DNA of 64,000 nt, taken from positions 66,975 through 130,974 of the forward strand of contig JAJXXC010000004.1 in the NCBI GenBank assembly GCA_021781215.1. The letters run 5' to 3'. Position numbers and translations under genes: made by a program. The notes beneath the pieces were generated by a model that saw only the letters and a program-made list of their open reading frames with translations, was not told the DNA's origin and did no database searches. The stretch is from a bacterium. Its GTDB lineage: Bacteria > Patescibacteriota > Saccharimonadia > Saccharimonadales > DATKHC01. Shown here one piece after another: positions 21,843-30,985 of this stretch (the first letter of the stretch is position 1; each line of letters starts with the position of its first letter).

Positions 21843-23165
21843 ATGGACTATTATTTTAAATTAATCGAAGACTGCGAGACGGTTCTAAAAGAAAACGATT
21901 TCGGTAAATATACAGTTCCGTCTAAAGAGATATATCCGCATCAATGGCTTTGGGATAGTAGTTTTGTAGCCATAGGCCTAGCCAACACAAACATCGACCG
22001 AGCTAAACAAGAAGTTATCTCAATCTTTGAAGGCCAATGGTCAGACGGTATGCTACCTCACATGATATTCAGGGCTAAGGAAACCCATAATGATGACCGG
22101 GAATTCTGGGCTAGTTGGAGAAATCCAAAATCACCATCAATTCCAACCAGTGGTATCACTCAACCACCAATCGTAGCTGAAGCTATTATTAGAATTGGCA
22201 AAAAACTTCCTAAGTCTGAACGCCTGTCGTGGTACAAGTTAATGCTGCCTAAACTAATTGACTATCACGAATGGATTTATCGTGAACGTGATCCGTCCAA
22301 TAGTGGCCTAGCGATTATCATTCACCCATGGGAATCGGGCTTAGATAACAGTCCACCACTACTAAAGGCTTTAAAAGAAAAAAACTATACCCCAATTTGG
22401 TTAAAAATATTAATCGCATTAGGCGTTATAAGGATATTGGATAGTTTTAGAGCCGATACTAAACATATACCCAAAGATCAAAGAGCTACAACTTCTGACT
22501 TAATCATCTTGAATCTGCTTAGAAGTAGAATTAAAAAGAATTCTTACAAAATAAAGAAAATTCTATCCAAGAAATCATTTGCAGTCGAAGACTTAACTTT
22601 TAATTGCATATTAAACCGAGCCAACGCCCATGTTATTGAGATGGCTAAATTTATTAAATATGATCTCGACGAAAAATTAATAGAAAAATTTACTAAAACA
22701 GAAAAAGCTCTTGAAACATTATGGGATCCCTATAAATCACAGTATTTTTCAAGAGATTATTTTACCGGCAATCTAATAAAAGAGCCTTCAATTGCCTCAC
22801 TTATGCCGCTATATGCTGGCAATTTAGATAAATCTAAATTAAAAATTATCGTTGAGAGCCTAGAAAACAAAGATTTGTATGCCAGTAATTTCCCAGTGCC
22901 CTCAGTGCCGCTAAATTCTCCGTGGTTTAAAGAAACCGAATACTGGCAAGGACCGTCATGGATAAATACAAATTGGTTTATCATTGACGGTCTGAAAAGA
23001 TCTAAATATCTAGACCATTATGAAGCCCTAAAAGAGACAACTCTTGAGATGGTTGAAAATGGCGGAATATTTGAATACTACAATCCTAATAATGGCCACG
23101 GCCAAGGTATTGAAAATTTTTCATGGACAGCAGCTCTTTGCCTAGACATGACTAAAAAAGATTAG
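21843..23165 (+). CDS. (alpha/alpha)6-barrel glycoside hydrolase (GH63/MGH1-like)
   Basis: 440 aa with QWLWDSSF, HPWESGLDNSP and WQGPSWINTNW motifs typical of GH63-type hydrolases. Substrate is unknown. Confidence 0.65.
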   Translation: MDYYFKLIEDCETVLKENDFGKYTVPSKEIYPHQWLWDSSFVAIGLANTNIDRAKQEVISIFEGQWSDGMLPHMIFRAKETHNDDREFWASWRNPKSPSIPTSGITQPPIVAEAIIRIGKKLPKSERLSWYKLMLPKLIDYHEWIYRERDPSNSGLAIIIHPWESGLDNSPPLLKALKEKNYTPIWLKILIALGVIRILDSFRADTKHIPKDQRATTSDLIILNLLRSRIKKNSYKIKKILSKKSFAVEDLTFNCILNRANAHVIEMAKFIKYDLDEKLIEKFTKTEKALETLWDPYKSQYFSRDYFTGNLIKEPSIASLMPLYAGNLDKSKLKIIVESLENKDLYASNFPVPSVPLNSPWFKETEYWQGPSWINTNWFIIDGLKRSKYLDHYEALKETTLEMVENGGIFEYYNPNNGHGQGIENFSWTAALCLDMTKKD

Positions 23166-23173
23166 TATTACTC

Positions 23174-24238
23174 CTAATCTGGTTTATCTAATAGCAATGG
23201 ATCAACTACTGGTTTTGAACTAGTAATCTTAATAATGTTTTTATCGACCTTTTTAAGCTCGCTATGTGCGTGATTATAGTGATTCACCGTAGCGCCCAAG
23301 CTATTACCGAGTTTTTGCATATATTGCTCAAACCCTGAGATATGTTTACCCAGCTGTCCGACTCGCACGTAGATATCTTTTGCCTGTTCTTCAATTTGCA
23401 AAGATCTAAGCCCCTGCATCACAGTTTGTAGATAAGCCATAAAGCTAGTTGGGCTAACAATAATTACGTGCTTATCTCTGAAGGCATATTCGATTAAGTC
23501 CCGTGAGCTAGTACCCGTAGAACCCACTTTGGTAATTAATAGCTCATAATATATTGCCTCACTTGGAATAAACATAAAAGCGAAGTCCATTGTTTTCTCA
23601 GATGGTCTAATATATTTCGCAGTTTCATCAATCCGAGACTTTAGGTCAGCTTTAAATAATTTAATCCAAGCGTCTTTTTGAGTCTTATCAGATTCGTTAA
23701 TCAGTCGATTGTAATTCTCTAATGAAAACTTTGAATCAATGGGCAATATTTTATTTTTTTCTAATAATATGACAGCATCAACCGTTTCGCCGTCCTTAAA
23801 CTTATATTGCATCTTAAATCTATCTGGTGGCAGTACATTTTGAAGTAGGGTTTCTAAATAATATTCACCGAGTACACCTCGCTGTTTCGGATTTTGTAGT
23901 ACATTTTGCAAAGTTTTAAGTTCTGAGGCTACATCAACCACTCTTTTATTAGTCTCATCTAATTTAGTAAGTTTTTCGGTGACTTCAGTAATTAATTTCG
24001 AACTAGCAGAAAACTGTTTATACATCGAGTCCTTCATCGACGCTTCATTCTTATCCAATCTGTCGGTTAGCTGATTTTGCAAGCCCTCTTTAAGTAAATT
24101 GATGGTCTGATTTAATTGGCTTAAATCTTCTTTTATGAGTAGCGCATTATCGGTAGTTCCGACAGATTTTTTAGACAATAGAATATAGATAACTAAGCCG
24201 ACTACTACGATCCCCAAAACTATTAAAGCCCCAATCAT
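23174..24238 (-). CDS. rmuC: DNA recombination protein RmuC
   Basis: 354 aa with an N-terminal TM helix, a coiled coil, and a RmuC nuclease-like C-terminus (VDAVI..PIDSKF, FMFIPSE). Confidence 0.85.
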   Translation of the reverse strand: MIGALIVLGIVVVGLVIYILLSKKSVGTTDNALLIKEDLSQLNQTINLLKEGLQNQLTDRLDKNEASMKDSMYKQFSASSKLITEVTEKLTKLDETNKRVVDVASELKTLQNVLQNPKQRGVLGEYYLETLLQNVLPPDRFKMQYKFKDGETVDAVILLEKNKILPIDSKFSLENYNRLINESDKTQKDAWIKLFKADLKSRIDETAKYIRPSEKTMDFAFMFIPSEAIYYELLITKVGSTGTSSRDLIEYAFRDKHVIIVSPTSFMAYLQTVMQGLRSLQIEEQAKDIYVRVGQLGKHISGFEQYMQKLGNSLGATVNHYNHAHSELKKVDKNIIKITSSKPVVDPLLLDKPD

Positions 24239-24275
24239 AAGTAGTATTATAACAGTTTCCCGCAGTTAGTGATGG

Positions 24276-25394
24276 CTATTTAGGACTAGCTATTTTCTCC
24301 CACGGGAGTTGGCTTTTACCGAAATGACCATACGCTGAAGTATCCGAATATATCGGTTTTCTCAAATCCAATTGTTTAATTATTCCACTTACAGACGGAT
24401 CTATAAGATCATCAACAAATTTATATATCGACTCAAGTGATGTTAGCTCAGTTCCAAAAGTATCAATGTTTAACATTACAGGGCTCTTAGCACCTATATA
24501 GTAAGCAAGTCCTACTTCGACTTTTGACGCTAATTTTGAAGCAACTATATTTTTAGCAATATATCTAGCGGCATAAGCACCAGACCGATCAACTTTGCTA
24601 GGATCCTTACCACTAAAGGCACCACCTCCAACCCGAGCAAAGCCTCCATAACTATCAACTACAATCTTTCTACCAGTTAACCCACAATCAGAACTCGGGC
24701 CAGGAATATTCCAAATGCCAGTTCCATTTACAATCACCCGGTCTCTGTTAACGCTATAATTAAACTCAGCTAATATTGGGCTAATAATTTTGGTATATAC
24801 GTCCTCAAATATTTGTTCTGAAGTTACCTCTTCGCTATGAGGAACCGCAATAGTTACATGAGACACAAATTTCGGTTTATCGTCCTCGTAAGCAATGACT
24901 ACCTGAGCCTTACCATCAGGACGCAAGAATGACAACTCGCCAGACTCTCTTACTGAATCTATCTTTTTAGTTAATCTGTGTGCAATTGTTATTGGAGTTG
25001 GCATTAGTTCCTTAGTCTCATCACAAGCGAAGCCAAACATCATTCCCTGATCACCTGCTCCTTCAGCGTCAACTCCGACTGCAATTTCAGGAGACTGTTG
25101 ATGGATAAAATTATCGAGCTTTGATTCGTAGCTAAAACCCCAGTCATTATTTATATAACCGAGTTGTTTAATTTTATTTCTGGCAATTTCTTCAAAATTA
25201 ATTTTAGCAGTAGTGGTAACCTCACCCGCTAAAACAATGTGGTTGTCTGCAACCAGAGCCTCGACGGCAACTCTTCCGTTTGGATCTTCGGCTAGAACTG
25301 CATCAAGGATGGCATCGCTAATCCCATCACAAACCTTATCCGGATGACCGGCACAAACAGATTCACTGGCGAAATATGATATATTTTTTGACAT
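24276..25394 (-). CDS. metK: S-adenosylmethionine synthetase
   Basis: 372 aa with GHPDK, GAGDQGMMFG and GGGAFSGKDPSKVDRS motifs. Confidence 0.95.
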   Translation of the reverse strand: MSKNISYFASESVCAGHPDKVCDGISDAILDAVLAEDPNGRVAVEALVADNHIVLAGEVTTTAKINFEEIARNKIKQLGYINNDWGFSYESKLDNFIHQQSPEIAVGVDAEGAGDQGMMFGFACDETKELMPTPITIAHRLTKKIDSVRESGELSFLRPDGKAQVVIAYEDDKPKFVSHVTIAVPHSEEVTSEQIFEDVYTKIISPILAEFNYSVNRDRVIVNGTGIWNIPGPSSDCGLTGRKIVVDSYGGFARVGGGAFSGKDPSKVDRSGAYAARYIAKNIVASKLASKVEVGLAYYIGAKSPVMLNIDTFGTELTSLESIYKFVDDLIDPSVSGIIKQLDLRKPIYSDTSAYGHFGKSQLPWEKIASPK

Positions 25395-25395
25395 T

Positions 25396-25556
25396 AAAAA
25401 ATCCTTTCTATGATTAGTTTTTTAGCTAACTAACGAGAAAGGACTGCAATTCAATGCAAAATATCTTCCCCATTAGTTAGACTAATTGGGCTAGATTTAG
25501 CACCTTACACTAATTGCAGGTTGCTGGCGTGTCATCGAGCTAGGTCTCTATTCGCA
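25396..25556 (-). promoter_or_regulatory. SAM riboswitch (SAM-I clan, reduced P2) with a terminator/SD-sequestering hairpin, in the metK leader
   Basis: The minus strand reads GCGAAUAGAG..GAUGACACGCCAGCAACC..AAGGUGCUAAAUC..CCCAAUUAGUCUAACUAAUGGG..GAAGAUAUUUUGC. This contains the conserved GCAACC/GGUGCUAA core, a P4 hairpin, and P1 closure. It is followed by the stem UCCUUUCU(25443-25436)/AGAAAGGA(25409-25402), U6, then the metK ATG. Confidence 0.65.
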
Positions 25557-25695
25557 CTCTTTATATTTAAATTTTAAATTAAACGTACGTGTCATTAATT
25601 AGTGACAATACGGTTATTCTAGCATTAACATTTTAATAATTCCACTTTTTATATTTCTTAATAAAATATAACAAGATATAATCAGTAGTTACTGT

Positions 25696-25769
25696 TGGGA
25701 GTTGGCCAAGCGGTAAGGCACTGGGTTCTGGTCCCAGGATCGGGGGTTCGAATCCCTCACTCCCAGCCA
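25696..25769 (+). tRNA. tRNA-Gln (anticodon CUG), CCA encoded
   Basis: Manual cloverleaf: acceptor TGGGAGT/ACTCCCA (U1:A72), D arm GCCA-AGCGGTA-AGGC, anticodon arm CTGGG-TTCTGGT-CCCAG, T arm GGGGG-TTCGAAT-CCCTC, discriminator G plus CCA. Total 74 nt. Confidence 0.9.
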
Positions 25770-27334
25770 AGAGATAATTTTTCGTCTTTCAACAAGGTAT
25801 AGAATGGCTCTGCTAAGGAGTAATCAACTATTTTTATTCCATCAAAATGTAGGTTCAAAAACACATTGCGTATAATTATGTCTCGTTGAACCATTGTTCC
25901 ATTGTTGAACCTTTTAGCCATAGTTTGAACCAGTGTATTAAACTCTTCTGTCGTGAAAGCTTGTATTGACACTTTTTCTAGCTTTAGATTGTTATCTTCA
26001 ATCTTAGCTGTTTGGCTTGTTATTGTTCGCATATTTTCAGATATAGAGATCTGTATTTCTTCTTTCATTTTTGTATCTCTTATTACCAGTAATTGCTTAC
26101 CAAAATCTTTATTGTCGGTTCTCAACCTTGTTATATAGGCTTGCAAGCTTATATTCTCACCCCTAAGAGCTTGTTTGCGACTAGCTGATAACTCCTTATT
26201 TTCAGCCAAATATTTCTTATATACCTTTCCTGTGAGTTTAGACGAGACTTCTTTAAGAACTTTACTGGCTGCATCAGACACCACGATTGCCCTAACGTCT
26301 TTGGGCTTACGAGGGCAGTCAGTATTTTTGCATTTTGTATAAACATAATACTTGCCGCTTCTACTCTTAGAGCGATAGACAATCAGTGGCCGTTTATCGT
26401 GGCAAGTCTCACAAAACAAGATGTCTCTAAACGGCAAGAAATACTCTAACTTTTTGCCACTCCCACGTTTTCGCTTATAGTTTACCTCTTGAACTTTTGC
26501 ATAAGTAGCTTCATCAGTTAATGGCACAAAATCAGGTAGTAGTTCACGCAAATCTGCCGTACCGTCTGCCTGAACTGCTATGCCGTAATAAAAACTGCTA
26601 TGTTTGCCACTAAACATTCTAGTCAAGTCATTGGTTTTTATTATTCTAATCTTTCGTTCAGCTTTTATGATTTGAGAAAAGTTGTTTGTATTTAGATATT
26701 CAATAATTTCGTCGTGTTTAGCTCCTCTGGCTCTCATTTGCCATGCTTCTTGTATAAGCCCAAAGTTGTTGTTTTCTGTATCTGGTTTGTAGTAACCATT
26801 TTCTTGAATATATCCTAATCTTGGGTAACCTCCTAAACCGCCTTCTCCAAACTTTTTTCTTACCCCTCTTGTAGCTTTTTGCGATAATTCATCAGAATAA
26901 TGAGTTGCCAGCACAAACATTAAACCTAACATCATTCGGCCAGCAGGGTCATTCGAAAATGGCAATGAGAAAAATCTTAAGTCTTTCAACTGACCATTGT
27001 TTATCATATCTAAGATAATGCTGGCTTCAACCATATTACGAGCCAGTCGGTCAGGATGCCATGAAATAATTCCGTCAATCTCACCGCTTTTAACGCGTTT
27101 AATAAGATTTCTGAACTCTGGTCGTTTTTTGGCTATTTTTGCCGATTTACGTTCTTCGATTGGCTTACCGACTAACTTTAAGCAATCTCGCTTAACCAAT
27201 AACATACAGTCGTCTATTTGGTCGTTTATCGATCTGTATTGTCGCTCCAATCCTTCAGTACTCTTACGAGCGTATATAACGTATTTATAGGCTGTTTGGG
27301 GCTGACTTGTTGTGTTGTTAATGTCAGGGTTCAT
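25757..27334 (-). CDS. large serine recombinase (integrase)
   Basis: 525 aa with an N-terminal resolvase catalytic region (YARKSTEGLERQ), a recombinase domain, a Zn-ribbon (CETCHDK...CKNTDCP), and a C-terminal coiled coil. The last 4 codons and the TGA stop lie within the tRNA-Gln 3' end. Confidence 0.85.
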   Translation of the reverse strand: MNPDINNTTSQPQTAYKYVIYARKSTEGLERQYRSINDQIDDCMLLVKRDCLKLVGKPIEERKSAKIAKKRPEFRNLIKRVKSGEIDGIISWHPDRLARNMVEASIILDMINNGQLKDLRFFSLPFSNDPAGRMMLGLMFVLATHYSDELSQKATRGVRKKFGEGGLGGYPRLGYIQENGYYKPDTENNNFGLIQEAWQMRARGAKHDEIIEYLNTNNFSQIIKAERKIRIIKTNDLTRMFSGKHSSFYYGIAVQADGTADLRELLPDFVPLTDEATYAKVQEVNYKRKRGSGKKLEYFLPFRDILFCETCHDKRPLIVYRSKSRSGKYYVYTKCKNTDCPRKPKDVRAIVVSDAASKVLKEVSSKLTGKVYKKYLAENKELSASRKQALRGENISLQAYITRLRTDNKDFGKQLLVIRDTKMKEEIQISISENMRTITSQTAKIEDNNLKLEKVSIQAFTTEEFNTLVQTMAKRFNNGTMVQRDIIIRNVFLNLHFDGIKIVDYSLAEPFYTLLKDEKLSLGWE

Positions 27335-27494
27335 TTATTGCTACTAGTATTACTATACTGCTTTATTTTAGCAAATTTCTAAAGGTATACACATACTTTT
27401 GAACTCTTGCAATTGAACTACTTAGCTTACAAGTTTAGTTTGTCTAGCATTAGCAATACTCTATAAGGTAGATCAGGTGTAAAATTAAATACAT

Positions 27495-29738
27495 ATGAGC
27501 AATTTTAAGAAAAACTCTGATGAACCGATTGTCTCACTCAAAGAAGATAGATTTGGAAGAGAAAACTTTTCTCACACCCTAGCGGATGCGTTGATAAAAG
27601 TGCCAAATAATCAGTCCATGACGGTTGGCTTATATGGTACCTGGGGAAGCGGTAAAACATCAATAATCAACATTGCCAAAGAATATCTAAATAGTAAGTA
27701 CGAAAATGATGTAATTATTGTTGAGTTCAATCCCTGGATTTTCTCATCAGTAGAAAGTCTGCATATGGCTTTTTTTAATTCATTAGCTGTAAAACTTCAC
27801 AAAAAATTAAAAACAAGGGGTCAAGAAGTAGGTGAAGCTATACAAAAATATGGTCAACTTACAGACCCTATTGGTAGTGCAGTAGGAATGTTACAGCCAC
27901 AAGTAAAATCTTTAGCAAAAATAATCGGTCAGGTCATTAGCGTATTTGGCTCTGCCTTAAATAAAACGGAAGATATTAACGCTATCAGAGTTAAGGTCAA
28001 TACAATTCTGGCTTCGTCTGGCAAAAGAGTTGTCGTAGTAATAGATGATATAGATAGGCTAGACAAAGATGAAGTGCATCAGGTGTTTAAGCTAGTCAAA
28101 AACGTAGCCCACTTCAAAAACGTTTCTTATTTACTATCATTTGACCGTGTTGTGGTAGCCGAAGCCTTATCAGAAAGGTATCCAAATAGTCCAAGTTTTG
28201 GCGGTAGCTTTATCGATAAAATAGTCCAGCTACCTCTTTTCGTGCCTAGCGTTGACCAGTTATTACTAAATAGATTTCTTACAGACGACCTTGATAGAAT
28301 CATCTCACAAAACAAACTAGATATAACAGAGAAAGATATGTCTCGCTTCCAGTCTGTTTTCTTCGCTCGAGATGCAGACAAGTTATTTGATACTCCCAGA
28401 AAGGTGGTACGTTATCTAAACACTGTTGACTTCTCTACAGAAAGTCTAGGTATTGAAACTTGCTTTACTGATACTGCCTTAATTGATTTAATTCGTAACT
28501 TCTACCCTGACCTTTATGAAAGTATTGCTTCCAATAAACTATTACTTTTGAATGGGATGCATGGCGATAGAGAAATCGAGAACGAGAAAGCTGCAGCCAG
28601 AAAGGCTGTATTTGGAACTGACAAGCCGTTTGCTATGGAAGCCATGCTTATTCGTGAATTATTCCCTAGTTTTGAATGGGCTTTAGGTGGGTCATCATAT
28701 TCTGGTGATTTTCTAAAAATCTGGGAAGACGAAAAAAGAGTTTGCTCAGAGAAATACTTTAATCGCTTTTTTGCTTATGACATACCAGTAGGTGATGTGG
28801 CAGACGCTAAAATAGATAGCTTCTTATTAACTCTTAGCTCACCAAAAACAACTATACCTATAGCCGAAAAAGCTTTTAAGGATATGAGTAAAAATAGCGA
28901 TCAGGCGTTATTGCTGTCTAAACTAAGAAGAAAAGAAGACGATCTCACTGAGACTGTCAGTAAAAAGCTTTCTCAGGTTATGGTTAATGTTGGCTTTAGC
29001 TTATCGAGACAAAGACAGGCTTTGGTGGGTGATATGTATTCACCATATGTACAATCGGCTATTCTAGCGATAAGACTAACTCGCAACATACAAAATCCAT
29101 ATAAGACACTAGAAAAGTACATAAAAAGCAGCCCAATTGATTATGCTGCTCAACTTTTTAATTGGATTAGAGTAAACACCGAGAAAGACAAAACTACTCA
29201 AGAAGACTTTGAGCCGTTAATTACACTTGATGAACTCGACAATTTAGGCAAGCTGATTGCTAATAGAATTAAGACTTATACCAATACGAAATATATCCAA
29301 ACTGACTTAACGCAAGATGTACCTTTCTTGATGTGGATTTGGCAAAAGTGGGGTAATAAGTCCGACATAAACAACTATTTTGCTAAAAGCTTTAAGAACA
29401 ATCCTGAAAGAGCTGTAGACTTTTTGATGACTTATGTAGGTGATGCTTGGGAGATAGGTACAGGCATAAAAACTCGATCTGAGTTCAGGAGAGAAGCCTA
29501 TGATCAAGTAGCCAAAGTTGTTGACCCTGAAGTTTTTATTAAACCGTTAATGACGCTATACGGTAAGGAAGTAAACGAGGGTGGGTTCAGCGATAGTCGG
29601 TTTGATAAAACTAAAGATTACAAGTTTCAGGTAGCTCAACAGTTCCTGTACATTAACCGTAATAAAGATAAAGTGGATAGTAATAAAGCAGCAGGAACTG
29701 AAGCTATCGAAGGTGAGGTCGTAGATACCGCAATATAA
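27495..29738 (+). CDS. KAP-family P-loop NTPase
   Basis: 747 aa with Walker A GLYGTWGSGKTS, Walker B/KAP motif VVVVIDDIDRLDKDE, and a long helical C-terminal half. Confidence 0.8.
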   Translation: MSNFKKNSDEPIVSLKEDRFGRENFSHTLADALIKVPNNQSMTVGLYGTWGSGKTSIINIAKEYLNSKYENDVIIVEFNPWIFSSVESLHMAFFNSLAVKLHKKLKTRGQEVGEAIQKYGQLTDPIGSAVGMLQPQVKSLAKIIGQVISVFGSALNKTEDINAIRVKVNTILASSGKRVVVVIDDIDRLDKDEVHQVFKLVKNVAHFKNVSYLLSFDRVVVAEALSERYPNSPSFGGSFIDKIVQLPLFVPSVDQLLLNRFLTDDLDRIISQNKLDITEKDMSRFQSVFFARDADKLFDTPRKVVRYLNTVDFSTESLGIETCFTDTALIDLIRNFYPDLYESIASNKLLLLNGMHGDREIENEKAAARKAVFGTDKPFAMEAMLIRELFPSFEWALGGSSYSGDFLKIWEDEKRVCSEKYFNRFFAYDIPVGDVADAKIDSFLLTLSSPKTTIPIAEKAFKDMSKNSDQALLLSKLRRKEDDLTETVSKKLSQVMVNVGFSLSRQRQALVGDMYSPYVQSAILAIRLTRNIQNPYKTLEKYIKSSPIDYAAQLFNWIRVNTEKDKTTQEDFEPLITLDELDNLGKLIANRIKTYTNTKYIQTDLTQDVPFLMWIWQKWGNKSDINNYFAKSFKNNPERAVDFLMTYVGDAWEIGTGIKTRSEFRREAYDQVAKVVDPEVFIKPLMTLYGKEVNEGGFSDSRFDKTKDYKFQVAQQFLYINRNKDKVDSNKAAGTEAIEGEVVDTAI

Positions 29739-29743
29739 GATAT

Positions 29744-30195
29744 TTAATCTGTCGAGGTATCAATCTCAAGCTCAATAGCTTCTGTTTCTTGATAGGTTTT
29801 TGCTTTAGTAACTATTAGCTTCTTAACAAACCTAAACTCTTTAGCTCTCTGTGCGTTACGCTTTTGTCTATCTTGACGGTCTTGCCACCACATGGCTACA
29901 TTTATATCTCCCCAATGTAGTGCTCAATTATGCTCGTAGCTCGGTTTGTAATTGTGTCTTGAGTGGCGGTTGTTTTGTCTCGAAACTCCACATTTTTTCA
30001 TCTCAGTATAAAAGACCGAGCGAGGCACACCAGACTTCACGCAACCCAATGATACGCCGACAGTACATCTACTTCATCACGACTTATCTTTGAGAGCTTG
30101 TCAGTAATGTGCATGCCTTGCAACACCTGAGCCTGTGGGTTGAACTTCTAAACTAGCTCGGCTGTCTTCTCCTCGTAATACTTGCCTTTCTTCAT
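29744..30195 (-). pseudogene. decayed paralog of the HTH gene at 31219..31653
   Basis: Manual translation gives fragments in three frames, interrupted by in-frame stops. MKKGKYYEEKTAELV* is followed by ..KISRDEVDVLSAYHWVA*, then GVPRSVFYTEMKK.., then ..MWWQDRQDRQKRNAQRAKEFRFVKKLIVTKAKTYQETEAIELE. These are colinear with GVSTSTYYKELAS...SRWWIDRQDKLERSAQRAKEYRLIKRLIITKTYQETQSVKLE. DNA similarity is visible between 29770-29890 and 31225-31345. Confidence 0.6.
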
Positions 30196-30282
30196 ATATA
30201 CATTTTACCCCACGTTGAGGTGTAAGATAGGCAGTTAGTATAGTCACGTTATGGACTAGGCTAGGCAACCTTGGATTATATA

Positions 30283-30879
30283 TCAGGGAACTAGCCACTC
30301 GCCAGTGCTTTGCAACAAACCACTTTGGGTTTGGAATTGTATCTTAGCGGCCTTGACGGCATCAGGAACTTGAAATACTACACATCCAGTAGTGCTTTCG
30401 CCGGGAGCTAATGTGTACTGTCCACTATTGAAATTAGTACATTCAGACACACTACTAAAGTCAGCTGTATAACTTTGGTTGTCTGTTCCTATTAGGGTGA
30501 CGTCACTGTTAGCGTCATCATTAAACGCAGCTGTGCCATTATTAACAATTTTTACATCTACTGCGACAAACCTTTTCCCAGCATCAGCAGTAGTATACTG
30601 GTCAACTCCGCTTGCAGGGTCAATCACCTGATTTAGCGTTACTGCTAAGCCTTTGCTTCCACCGACATCTACCGTTGAGCCAACGTGAGCCGTTGAATTT
30701 AATGGACTAGAACTAGGTTTATTGCTACTTGAACTCGTACCAGCCTTGCTTGCAGTTGTAGTTACGGTGGTTTTGTTACCACCAGCAGAAATTGAACCAA
30801 TAATTATTAAGGCCACTATCACACCAATTATACTCGACACTTTATGACGTCTAAAAAAACTTTTTTCCTTACTGCTCAT
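30283..30879 (-). CDS. DUF4352-like secreted/membrane-anchored Ig-fold protein
   Basis: 198 aa with an N-terminal TM helix, an S/T-rich linker, and a C-terminal domain (KRFVAVDVKIVNNG...TLAPGESTTGCVVFQVP) resembling DUF4352. GC content is visibly higher than in the neighbours. Confidence 0.65.
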   Translation of the reverse strand: MSSKEKSFFRRHKVSSIIGVIVALIIIGSISAGGNKTTVTTTASKAGTSSSSNKPSSSPLNSTAHVGSTVDVGGSKGLAVTLNQVIDPASGVDQYTTADAGKRFVAVDVKIVNNGTAAFNDDANSDVTLIGTDNQSYTADFSSVSECTNFNSGQYTLAPGESTTGCVVFQVPDAVKAAKIQFQTQSGLLQSTGEWLVP

Positions 30880-30985
30880 TTGTAAACTCCTAGCTTAACT
30901 TATATCTGTAAAGATAGCACATTAAATAACAAAAATAAACAACTAGTTTATGTAACTATCTGTTTATAATTCTTACCCTAAGTGT

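Noticed and set aside
29851-30298. Track ORFs 29851..30093(+) and 30101..30298(-)
   Set aside because: They overlap the decayed HTH paralog region, and their products have no motifs. They are better explained as by-products of a pseudogene.
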